DNA of 63,847 nucleotides, counting the filler, from Choristocarpus tenellus KU-1152 (Eukaryota; Protista; Phaeophyceae): the NCBI GenBank assembly GCA_964200185.2. It is 10 parts of 10 records of this genome, joined end to end, with 100 filler letters (N's around TTAATTAATTAA, not from the genome) between each part and the next. Parts side by side here need not be neighbours in the genome. Positions count along the whole stretch, not along the records: positions 37,032 to 41,023 come from CAXNAD020016770.1; positions 41,124 to 45,120 come from CAXNAD020016748.1; positions 45,221 to 48,008 come from CAXNAD020024757.1; positions 48,109 to 53,570 come from CAXNAD020010710.1; 6 more parts are not named here. One strand, written 5' to 3'. Numbering within the stretch: position 1 is the first letter of the stretch; every line of letters starts with the position of its first letter. The position numbers and the translations under genes were made by a program. Positions 37,032-48,201 of the stretch are shown here, in pieces. The notes beneath the pieces are model-generated. The model did no database searches. It was not told where the DNA came from and was given only the letters and a program-made list of their open reading frames with translations.

Positions 37032-40000
37032 CCCCTCTCCTCTCCACGTCCCTTCAATGTAGTGTTCCGTCCCTCTCTCACAAAACCCCCCCTTTCCCTC
37101 GCCTCAATAGCAGACCTTATAACTGTCAAGACCTTGGTAGGAATCTTCTTGCCGTTCCCAACAAGTTTCTCCCAAGTACAAACAATACCCGCCACGGGTT
37201 CCCAGCTAACTTCTTTAACTCGCTTCAGTTTCCCACCTCGCCCGGATCTATCACCAGCGTGCACCCAGCCTTCTACGAAAGTACTTTTGCCATATTTCTC
37301 AAGGGTTAGGGTCGCGGCGTTGTCGCGTGTGTGATCACTGGTCGGCCGAAGCCAGTGAATATCCACCCCACACTCCCCGTCCTCGCCGGCGCGCTCCGCT
37401 AGGATTTTGCCGACCAAGAGCGGCACCTCCGTTGCCACAAAAAAGGAAAACCTTCCTTCCTGCACTGAGACTAGGTTTCCATGGTTCCCCGATGTCAAGG
37501 TAGCACAAGGCCAACCCCGTCGACGGGAGCCAGGTTCTTCCTTGTCACTGTCCGATGAGGAAGAATGTGTATCCTCAAACCCGCCGGGATCATTGTCACT
37601 ATCAACGAGATTATCCCCCCCACGCAAACGTTCACCCTGGAGCCAAAGTATCTTAGAGGGTAGGGCCGCGTCCATTTTGGGGGCAAATTCCAATGTTCCG
37701 ATTTCGATTAAATTTTGGATATTGTGTTTGTTAGGAAGTGTCAATATCCTTGTTCCGGACAGATCTTTTCATAATGTATACAATTTACCTACTCCAAAAC
37801 ATTTTGGAGTAGGAAAATGTAACAAAAAACCCCATACGAAGCCAAGCCCCAAATGGACAAACAGGGCAAAACTCGTACCCTCTAAGATACTTTCACTCCG
37901 TGGTCGTTGTCTTCGACGTCGCCGGTGCTGGTTCCAGCGTCATCGTCATCGGTGCTAGTTCCAGAGCCATCGTCATCGGTGGGAAGCCAATGGACAGGGA
38001 GGTCTAACTCTCGTTCCCCTGTCTTGTGGAGAAGTCGCACAGACTCACTTTGCTCATGTTTCACTCTCTGAACGGCTTCATCATCTGCGAGGGTGGAATA
38101 CATGAGCACGAGGACATCAACGGTATGGATGTATGAATGTTACTTTGTTACCAGGTGTGAGGTTTCACGAATGCGCTCGGGGAGCATGCGGTGAGAGGGA
38201 GGGTGTATATTTCGTCAGAATCGTCTCTGTTGAGCACAAGACCGGTACCCCCAAAACATTTATGGGGAGTAATCTATTATTATTTTTATGGTAACATGCG
38301 ACGATCACTACACATGACAATGCAAAATTATTCAAGATCTTTTTTTCTAAGGCTGCAAATGCTGCAGAGTATAAAACTTACACCTGATTTTTTTGGCTGA
38401 CACCGAATACCAAAATTTGCTATCAACTCCCCTCACGAAAAAATCGTCTTACCCAGTGGGTACGCAGCAGGGAGGCGCTCATGCGACGCCTGGTACCGCT
38501 GCTCCACCTTTAGGATGACGTCTTTGGGAACGCTCTTGAGCTGGTAGGGTGGTGCATCTTGGATACGAGGCAGGTGGCCGATGTAGAGGTCGTGCGGAGG
38601 GGCGTTGGGGTCGATAGCAAGGTCTCCCCCTATTCCACTCCATTCGGCACTGTGCATGTATCGCTTTATGCTAACCTTCACCCGCCCATCACCGCCTTTT
38701 TCAACGCAAAAAGCCCTGTACCTCGTGATGTTCGGGACACGGTTTACGCGACCTTCAAGGAGTCCCTTGAAGTTTCCCAGGTTCCGCAGGGTCTTCCAGT
38801 ATACAGGAACCTCCGTGTAAGAGGCCTGCAGCTTTTCACCCAGCTGTGTTCTAGTGAAAATGTTTTTGCCTTTTATTCCACGTGAGAACCTGAACGTGAA
38901 ACGCAAGCAAGATAATTTCGAGGCAGGGGCGAAAGAAACGAAGTGGAGAAGCAAGATATATATGCAAGGACATGCTCTGATGCATGTATATGGAAAAATC
39001 AATATACCAATTGGGTGATGCGTGCATTTTTTTCATTGTTTTGTTTCGAGAGTATGTTAAGAAACAGTTTAGGCAGCTGCTCTTCTTGTAGGTAAATTTC
39101 GTTGAGGGGAAATCAAAAGTCGATCGATCAATTACAGTGTGCAACCATAAACCTTCCAGGAATGCAACAAGTGTGGGCTGCAAGACTCGAGGCTGTATCT
39201 GTCCATAGAAAAACACTATGTGGCTATCAAACTCGCGTAATAATATTGCTTGCCTAATTACCTGGAGAAGATCTGATCGATTTTGATGTACGTGAGCCCC
39301 ACCATCATAAAATGTATCTCGACAACACTAATGACACTCGTCGCAACCAACAGCCCCGCGTATCCAATAAAGAAATTGTTCTTGTTCTCTGAGACGCAAT
39401 TGTCGACCTGGCCAGTTTGGGGAGTTGGGAGCGAGGGAGGGATAGGCATGAGGCCGATATGTCAGTCCATTTTGCCGCGTTTCGTGGAGGAACAGGGTAG
39501 GTTTCCAGTATTGCTAGAGCGCAATCTCTACATCACCGCCATCATACATGCAGGCTGCAATACACAAACTAAAACTAAAGACCGTGCAGTTAGTTACTTA
39601 GGGTTAGGTATTCAGCAAGGCTGTGTTGAGTAGGTCGTGTCAGGATGAAACCTTCTTGCCTGCCAATGCGCGTGCTGGATGATGCAATTCCCCGAGTTAT
39701 CGAGGCTGTTGCAGTACTTGTCGATAAGCCTTGTGAGGGCAAGGTGAGTGGCTGTGCAGACAAGGTTACAACCTGCGCGAACAATGATGTTAAACAACTG
39801 TCGGTAAAAAGTACTCTGCTCATTTACGAATTGTTTGTTTGGAACTCAAAAGAGGGGTAATGTAATTTGTTTATGCAATGTAGAGGACATACATCCATAC
39901 AGCTGATGTACATGTCTGCGATCTCCACTACCCGTTGATTAGCTCTTACGCCACTCTACAGTACGTACCTCCTCCAAGATTGATAGGAGAGTGAAGAACA

Positions 40001-41023
40001 CCTCCGCGAACTGGCCTTCGACGTGTGCGGCTATGATCTTCTGGCGCTCGGAGTAGCCCCTGATAAGGGGGACATGAACAAAAGGAAGGGGTAAAGAAAG
40101 GTCATCATGATGAATTGAATAGGTAGTGGAATTATGTACGTTTGTTTTGTCGATTATTTCTTGGGACTTTGCACTCATCCGTAGGATAAAACATGGTCTT
40201 CTATTCTGTTCCGCGTGCGGCTGCAAAGTTCTTGTCGGATGGACTGTGCGCGCGTGTGGTTACCTGTCACCGCCGTGGGTAGGTGGGTAAAGTGCTGGAA
40301 GGGCCTATGCTGTCTGGTTCGCGGCGTCTACGGACATGAACACGAAGTCAAGAGGTTTGCCGTCGGCTTTGGCCCGCATGGCGTTGCTGGTGCTATTGGC
40401 GATGACCATCCGATCCGCTTTGATAAGCTGGCGAATGGGGGACAGCAACATCACGTTAATTTATCAAATAAATCTGCTCAGAGTTTATAAAAAAAATGCC
40501 GCTTGCTAACACGTATCAGGTTAGGGTTACTAACAAAAATGTAGTCTGGGTAACAATATATGTTTGTGTTGGGAGATGTTTTTTATTGCTGCGTTCAAGA
40601 CACACACCAAGTTATCGGGATCGTAGGAAGTACGCATGTACCGGGCTGGAATACCGCTACATGACCTGCCCCTCCCACAGCCCATGGTACACTATCAGGA
40701 GGCAGTCTGTCTTACAAGGTGTTTGGGCAGCTAATAACAGCAAGTTTTGTGGTGATTGAGGCTACTGCTGCTGCCATAAACACCTACGTGGGAGTCTTCA
40801 TTCGCAAAAGGACACGGATTTACTTAGGGTTAGGAGGGCAATGACAGCAACCTTTCGTCACTGTATGCTTGTTACAAAATTAACGCTGGACACCTACCTC
40901 TCGATGGCCTGACAGCTCCTTATCGATGGACTCGAGGACGGTGGAGTCGTTCGTGGGTTTTACACCAGGCGCACCGTGCCCCTTCTCTTTTAACGTGACA
41001 CATATGTCACATTTCATAAACTC
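37032..41023 (-). pseudogene. Decayed multi-exon DNA transposase of the DUF7869 / Sola-like DDD type
   Basis: Exons 41023-40898 (FMKCDICVTL..H), 40427-40264 (FMSVDAANQTA*ALP, in-frame TAG at 40305-40307), 40059-39969 (1-nt frameshift needed to give PINLGG), 39772-39660 (GCNLVC..HWQ), 39407-39262 (VDNCVSENKNN..FMMVGLTYIKIDQIFSR), 38889-38453, 38084-~37880 and 37636-37032. These match the family motifs DxMDQ..LP, QxDNCxxENKN and FLxVGHTHEDIDQxFS. Confidence 0.8.
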
Positions 41024-41711
41024 NNNNNNNNNNNNNNNNNNNNNNNNNNNNNNNNNNNNNNNNNNNNTTAATTAATTAANNNNNNNNNNNNNNNNNNNNN
41101 NNNNNNNNNNNNNNNNNNNNNNNTTTTATTGCGGCTTTCCAAGGCTAGTTGCTTCCAAGTTTTAAAATTTTCCCCCCCCCCCCCCCGCCTCCCCCGCACC
41201 TAGAAAGTCCTGAGCTTTGTTTTTGCCTGGTTGAGTCCCCTTTCCTGTAGTCTGCACCGAGAGTTGACCGACCCCTAACATGATTTTTTAAAATATATTA
41301 TTGAACGGTAACATTTTGCTGCCGTCAACTATTTTTACAGCCATTTTTTTTTTTGTCACCTGAGCAGCAGTAGGTGAATTTTGGGGATTTGTGTTAGAAG
41401 CGGCGTTTCTAGAATCGCTTTGAGGTTGTTAGAGTTGATTTGTTCACAAATCTTGGTTGCTCTCAGCCCTGGGCACTCTGTGGCACCTTGTTCCGTGCTG
41501 ACCGGTAGGAGAGCCCCTCGACTGTACCAATAACGTAATATGTTCATAGAGAGATGCGTGTATGTGTGCTTGAATTATTCAGGCAACACACATAAAACAC
41601 CTTATGATTGATTCTATCCCGTACCAGCTAGATGCATAGAAAGGCGTTGCCATGACAATATATTTTTTTACTTGTAGAAATTAATTGAAAGTGTCTCCCC
41701 TCATTGGCCAG

Positions 41712-44700
41712 GCGTCTGCAGGCCGGTGAATTCAGCATGTCACGTGTTTGCAGCCAAGGTGGGCTTTGGGCTGTGCCCACTTTGGTTCTTTGGCCAGCTG
41801 AGCTACAACTTCTCTCTGCTGAGGACAAGGTGTGGTCAGTTATGGTTGGGGTTGAGGGTAGGTGTTAGGGTCTGGGATAAACCATGACTGTGCTGCATTT
41901 CTTATGATGATGCTTGCGAAGATAATGTGATACCACAAGGGGTCTAGTCTATGCCTGCTTTGGTGGAATAGTGGTGTCTCAACTACTAGTGTGAAGCAAG
42001 AGATAGTCCTACTACTCAGAAGTAATTTCACAACTAGTGCAAGATATTTGTAGTATACGGGCAAGCACTTTGGTTGTAATGCTGTCTTCTGCAGGGTTTT
42101 TAGTTCAGAGTGGATGGTATGACATGCCTACGGAGATAACTGTTGATGGTGTGTACGGAACTTCTTGTAGTGTTTGGAGGTGTATATCATGCAATATCAT
42201 ACTGCTGCACCAACTGCCAACATCCAAGCTGGCAGAAAGTGGAAAATTTCCGAACAAGTTGGCAAAAAAAAGGGGGAAAAAAAGAAGGAAAACAAATGTC
42301 TCTTTTGAAAAAGAAAAAACCTCCCTTCTTCGAGAGTTAATACGTTTCTTTTTACTAACCCTAATCCTATATAACCCTAAGCCTAATCAAGACCGGTGTC
42401 ACCGACAAAATTCTCATCTCTTTTTTTTTTTTGCAATGCAAGAAAAATATCATTCCGAAAACGTTTTATGGTTAGGCGACATTTTGTAACTGTTGTTATT
42501 GGGCAACAAGAGCACACTGAGAAGTAAGTAAGCATTGAAGTGATGGAGTTGGAGGCAACGGTATGGCTACCTGTGAAAGATACCAATGATGGTATAAAGC
42601 ATCGGCATTATACCGTTCCAAGGTATGTGAGTGTTGCAGTGATATAATTACACAATGTCATACCAATCTGGTGATATCCCGATATGTTGTTGTTGCCTGG
42701 AATCTCTAATCGTTGTGTCCTAGAGTGTTCAGGCATGTTTACTTTCCTAGAAGTACATCATCGTTGTTATTACTAGTAAGGCCAGCTGCTATTATTTTTT
42801 GGAACTTCAGAGAGCGGGAATCATGTGATCTTTGAATTGGAAATGAGGGTTGGAGATGATTGGATCTTATTCGCTGAGATTTGAGAAAAACAATATTCTA
42901 TTGGTTTTTGTTGGATTACCTTTTTTTCATTGTAACACCTACCCCCTCCCCCCCCTTCAATACTCTTGTGCAATAATCTTTTTTTTTTCTCTCAGCAGTA
43001 TTCTACTATTGTTATTTTTGTATTCCAAGCAGCTCCCAAAGTTGGTCTATCCCATCCCCCCCTTCATACACACCACACCATGCTTTCCTTCCTGATAACA
43101 ACCACACCCCCACACCCCCTCCCCGTAATGCTTTTGTCAGCGTGACTAGCTCAACCATTATCTCTCAGCTATCATCTCTCTTTGCATTCACCTTCAGTGT
43201 GATGCTGGGGTTTGAGCGGTTCACTGCAGTGAAGGTCTGCGGGTTGATATTGTCCCTTCTTGGGGCGGTTGCGGTGAGCAAAGGAGGCGTTTCTTGTTAC
43301 GGATAGGGTAAGGGTTAGGCTCATGATATGTGACCCAATTTTCGGTGATTGATGTGAGCTCTACTTTAGTCGTTGATGCATCAGGCTCTACTCCGCCTGA
43401 CTCGAATTCAAATTGAGAAACAGCGTGTCCATGTAAGAGTCTTATCTACGGTTGTGTTAAGTGTTTCCAATGGGCCACACACACATATAGGGTTTTTTGG
43501 AATTGATCCTACCCCCACCCCCTCCCTCAATCCCTTCTTTGTCTAACCTTGAAATGATGAAAGTCTGGTATTGTTCTGTGGCACTATGAATTGCATTACT
43601 ATTTCCTTGTGGTAAGTGATGAGGGTACACTGTCCGTGTGGTGAAGATTTACTGTAGATATCAGTGTCACAAGAATCTGTGCTTTTTGCATTAGAACAAT
43701 TACCTCCCCTCTCTTTAATGAAGATATCACCGTAAGTACTACTCAAGTCAGATTAACTGGGTGGGGGGTGGGGGGTGGGGGGTGGGAGGGGGGTGCCACT
43801 GAGTTTGAAGGGTCTCTCTCTTACTCTCTTGTGGAAGTTGTATTTGGAGTGTGTGGTGCACGGATGTGGTGTATGTATTGAATGTGAGTACATTTAGTGT
43901 TTCAGAGCAAAGTTATCCTTATCAGTGCCCCTTTCCAATTCTCTCAAAAAGCTTGCAAATTCCTAAAATGGCCAAAACACACCTAACCCTAACCCTCTTG
44001 GTTGCTTTGACTCTCCTTTGATCAATACACTGATGGATCCAGAATCCCATTGGCTGTGGCCCGTTGGTGTAACCCCCCCCTGCTGATTCCCTCACCCTCC
44101 GATTTTTAAATATAGACTTGACCTAAGAAATTACATTGTTTCGTTGCCATTTTCGAAACGACCTATCTTTCTTGACTCTTTTGCCATTGGTATATCATAT
44201 TAAACCACATCTCTTTATGATAGGAATCCAAAAGATGTTCTAAGTGTTTCTATTCACATGCCCATATTGAAAATACATACACATATATTGAGATAGTGTG
44301 TCTAGTTGTAGTCTTGCACTATTGAATCCTATGTTTGACTCTCTGTCCACCATGAGAACACAACAGACATTTTGTCTAGTGTTAAAGGACGCATGATGGT
44401 ATGTTTCATTCTGGGGGGGTGTCATGGTCGTCCAGTTAGAAAGCAAACCTTTATGGATGGACAATTGGTAGGTAGTGCATGCGGATATGGATTACTTTGT
44501 CAATGATGGATCAGGGTAGTCTAGGAGCAGTAATGTTTTTTGGGTGCGGTAGGTTGGAGGAGATCTGTATCCTATTGGTTGAATGTAGTACTGGAACTAC
44601 TTTGATTGGTGCAAACCCCTTTTTTTTTTGTTCTCTTTTTGTTGTATGTCCCCTGAATTAGAGCCCTCCACTACCCACTCGTCAATGTTGGTACAGCTTG

Positions 44701-44861
44701 TGGACCTATGTATTAGCTGGGATAATCCTCTAGTGCCTAAATCACACTAATCTTGGCATCATTTGTTCAAGGTCGGTCTGGGAGATAAGGGTGATCAGGA
44801 CGGAGGAGATACACAAGAAACATTCTGGGGCGATGTTGCTGCTACTGGATCTGCAGTGCTG
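41712..44861 (+). CDS. SLC35F/EamA-family transporter (SLC35F5/THI74-like); internal fragment
   Basis: Exons ~41712-41829, 43141-43273 and 44772-44861 give AAKVGFGLCPLWFFGQLSYNFSLLRTS|VTSSTIISQLSSLFAFTFSVMLGFERFTAVKVCGLILSLLGAVA|VGLGD..FWGDVAATGSAVL. Confidence 0.88.
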
Positions 44862-45086
44862 GTGAGTGAGCCTCTGATATGTTGGGTAGCTGCAGACCAA
44901 ATTTTAGTAGTGACTCTCAATTTCCTCTTCACCACAGAGGGGTTTATTGGTGTTTCCAGTCCTGTTCAGCTCTTTAGTGTTTTCCTCCAGAGTACTACCA
45001 ACTTATCATCATCTCTACAATTAGGATGCAGTCTCTTTTTACATGTGGCTTTCTTATGGGTATATCCTTTATTGACAATACTCCAT

Positions 45087-45120
45087 GGACCCAAAGTATC
45101 TGGGGGTTGGGGCGGGGGGG
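45087..45120 (+). mobile_element. MITE family 1, left end cut by the contig end
   Basis: GGACCCAAAGTATCTGGGGG... matches the family TIR. Confidence 0.6.
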
Positions 45121-45228
45121 NNNNNNNNNNNNNNNNNNNNNNNNNNNNNNNNNNNNNNNNNNNNTTAATTAATTAANNNNNNNNNNNNNNNNNNNNNNNN
45201 NNNNNNNNNNNNNNNNNNNNTTGTCTAA

Positions 45229-45410
45229 GGCTTGAAGTATCTGGGGGGGGGGGGTGGCGACTGTCCATTTGAGGCGAATTTTTTCATGTTTCGATTTTTA
45301 CGTAATTTGGTTGCATATGTCGGATAGGTAATATAAATTCACTTTTGCTGATTTTGGTCCAACTGGACACCCTGGTTTAGACATCACCCCCCTCCCAGAT
45401 ACTTTGGATC
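45229..45410 (+). mobile_element. MITE family 1, complete copy
   Basis: GGCTTGAAGTATCTGGGG ... CCCTCCCAGATACTTTGGATC, colinear with the reverse complement of 18475-18646. TAA (or CTAA) is present on both flanks. Confidence 0.85.
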
Positions 45411-45651
45411 TAACCTTAACCTTGTCCTCTCGGTTCCGGTTCGTCTTGGTCCGTCTTGTCCGTCTTGCCCGGTGATTCCCTTCGCCACCCTTACCTGAGT
45501 GAACCACGCCGCCACAGAATTACACGATTCATATTGGCGACACTGGTGACATTCGAACTCACGCATGCGAAGCACACAAACTTAGCACATACGGAATATG
45601 GCATACGGCAATAACGGAATAATAACGGACAAAAATGCTTTCCACATATAT

Positions 45652-46044
45652 ATTAATTACATTATATATATTATTATGCCCTCTGACATTTTGCAGATGT
45701 GTCAGGGGGAAAACCAATGAAAACTATACGTATGTCATTATTAGCCCTAAAGAAATAAAATATCCTAAACGTGAGAACACTCTGAAACACTGGAAGTGTG
45801 AAAACCACCACTAATCTATCAGTTAGTACTTCACCACTATCAAATATTGTGCTGCTGTCTTCCTGTACTTCCCATCTACCTACTCCTGTGCCCCGGAGGG
45901 GGGAGGTAGGGAGGAATCCCAAGAATCCAACAAACCCCTTCGTGCCTATCTCCCTGGTGACTCTAGTTTGAAGCGCATGACACGTCGAGACAATGCAACT
46001 TGCGTAGTAACCGAAACAATTTGGTGTAGCCTGGATTTAACTAC
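45652..46044 (-). mobile_element. 5'-truncated non-LTR retrotransposon (REL-endonuclease, CRE/R2-like) with a 12-bp target-site duplication
   Basis: Minus strand reads VVKSRLHQIVSVTTQVALSRRVMRFKLE, followed by the 3' UTR and a TA-rich tail. TTCCACATATAT is directly repeated at 45640-45651 and 46045-46056. Confidence 0.88.
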
Positions 46045-46177
46045 TTCCACATATATCGCAAGTGATTTCTGTGATGTATTTTTTTCTATTGTTTTTAGGC
46101 ATATTTATATCTCACACTTCTGTTCTTTCAAGTATTTTTTTCTTGGTTCTGATCCTGTAATATTTTGAATCTTTTTT

Positions 46178-46630
46178 TTATATTTATATTATTATGCCCT
46201 CTGATATTTTGCAGATGTGTCTGGGGGGAAACAAATAAAACTATACACATTGCCAGTACAAACCCTAAGGAAATAAAAATGTCATAAATGTGAAAACCCT
46301 AATCCATTTGTTACTTCACCACTACTAGGTTGTACTACTGCCCTCCTGTGTCTCCAATCTACCTATACCTGTGCCCTGGGAGGAGCTAGGGAGGCATTCC
46401 AAGAATCAAATAAACCCGTCCTTGCCCATCTCCCTAGTGATTCCAGCTTAAAATGAATGTCACGTCTGGACAGTACCACTTGCACGGTTACCCAGACAAT
46501 TTGGCGTAGCCGGGATTTATCTACTCCTTTTCTGCTATATCCTCCCGCCCCTCTCCCCCCTAACATGTGAGTAGCCAGCTCATCCAGGAAGCATTCCGCT
46601 TGCTTGCCGAACCGCCCAAAACTTTCCACC
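46178..46630 (-). mobile_element. 5'-truncated non-LTR retrotransposon (REL-endonuclease C-terminus)
   Basis: TFAVVESFGRFGKQAECFLDELATH..RKGVDKSRLRQIVWVTVQVVLSRR is the typical C-terminal REL-domain motif (xVESFGRxG). Same 3' UTR as the other two copies. Confidence 0.88.
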
Positions 46631-46799
46631 ACCGCGAAGGTGTTGAGGGTATCATTTATTTTATTGTTTAATTATTTTTTCCAATCTTTATTGCTCTCAT
46701 TAGGTAACTTTTTATTGTATATAGTGCCTCAGAAAAAGAGAAACTAGATATGCAGAATGAACCTATATAGCATTTCCTGTTTCGCGCACTAGCAGCCTT

Positions 46800-47830
46800 G
46801 AATATGCTTTGTGCTTGGGGGGCATAGATAGGCAATCAGCAGGTATCCATGGGAAGTCATGAATAGTATAGGGGTTGTGAGTCTATTCCTTGATAGCACT
46901 TACGATGCCGACACAGAATAGAACCTTGCAGTCTATGGACTGGAAAACCATGCATACATTAATCAAATTTGTGATTGAGGAGATTGGAACTGGGGACCCA
47001 TTCCTTTTTGACCATGTCAGAGATGTATGCTTTGTGACTTTTGAACCAGACCTCCAAAAAGGAACAAGTGTGCACTCGGATTAGGCCAGGGACAATTTGA
47101 CTGAGATTGTATCCTGTGACCTGTTAAAGCACAGACTGCTCATTCGATTTGCTTTGATACAATACAGCATCGGCAGTCCATACTGAACGTTGATTTGTCC
47201 GTTGCAATGGTCGCTATTCACATTTATGTCATTAGCTCATTAGCTCATCATCACAACTCACTCAGAAGATGTATGACAGTAGCTACGTTAGACATGGATC
47301 CAAGCTTGGCTTCTTCTTTCTACCTGCGTTACTTCTTTTTTATGCAAGTTATCAGTTACGTAGCATGTGTTGATTTTTTTTTACTTGACTGGCATTGCCC
47401 CATCGTAAGCCATCCATCACTCTGCAACACGTATAAGACACACATCGGGATGTAATATATACAGAGTTAAGACCATCCTACAAAACCCTTCTCTGCCAAG
47501 GTGACAACCCTCTTCACAGAGGATGAATTTCTTCATTTGAATGTCTCAATGAATGATCACGCGGTTTCTATCAATCACCGTCTGCTTGAGTAATATGTGC
47601 CACAGACATACCAGAACCCATCTCACTTCAACCAAAGTTTGATTGAGTAAGACATCCCTTCAGACACATCAAACAAAACCTGCGGGTGTCTTGTTGCACT
47701 ATGACACACACTTTCCTCTAACCGCGCTAATTACAGCACAACCAAACATTCCTTACATCGAACACTGTTTGACTGAATACAACATGTCATCAGACCTACC
47801 AGAACAAATTCATCAGTGATTTTGTTAAGA
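46800..47830 (-). pseudogene. Highly decayed MULE/Mutator (FAR1-like) transposase fossil
   Basis: Colinear motifs across shifting frames: FGCAVIS (~47730), HPQVLFD (~47680), VLVCLWHIL (~47600) and SWIM-like ILCRH (~46910). Many stop codons. Confidence 0.55.
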
Positions 47831-48201
47831 ATATGATTTTTATTCATGTGTAAAAGAAGATTATGTAGAAGAAAAAATCTAAGGATGAAGAGACGGTGTT
47901 TGTATTCTGAAGAATAAGGAAATAAGGTTGGGTTTCAAGAACTAGAATATGGAAGAGTTCAGGAATAGGAAGCATTGTGGGAAGTAAATTCAGATTAGTT
48001 TGATTAGTNNNNNNNNNNNNNNNNNNNNNNNNNNNNNNNNNNNNNNNNNNNNTTAATTAATTAANNNNNNNNNNNNNNNNNNNNNNNNNNNNNNNNNNNN
48101 NNNNNNNNTAGTCTTGTGTGGTGTGTTTACCCTGCAATGTGTATCCCCTCTTCATCCCCTCCCCACCCCCTCAATGTTGACCTCACTCCCTTTCCCCGCA
48201 G

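Noticed and set aside
40305-40307. In-frame TAG as programmed readthrough or recoding
   Set aside because: The same gene has a frameshift and a degraded GHTH motif. Pseudogenisation is the simpler explanation.
45500-45625. Minus-strand Cys cluster (RYCRMPYSVCAKFVCFAC) resembling a piggyBac-type or other zinc finger
   Set aside because: Too short, interrupted by the retro insertion and without supporting domains.
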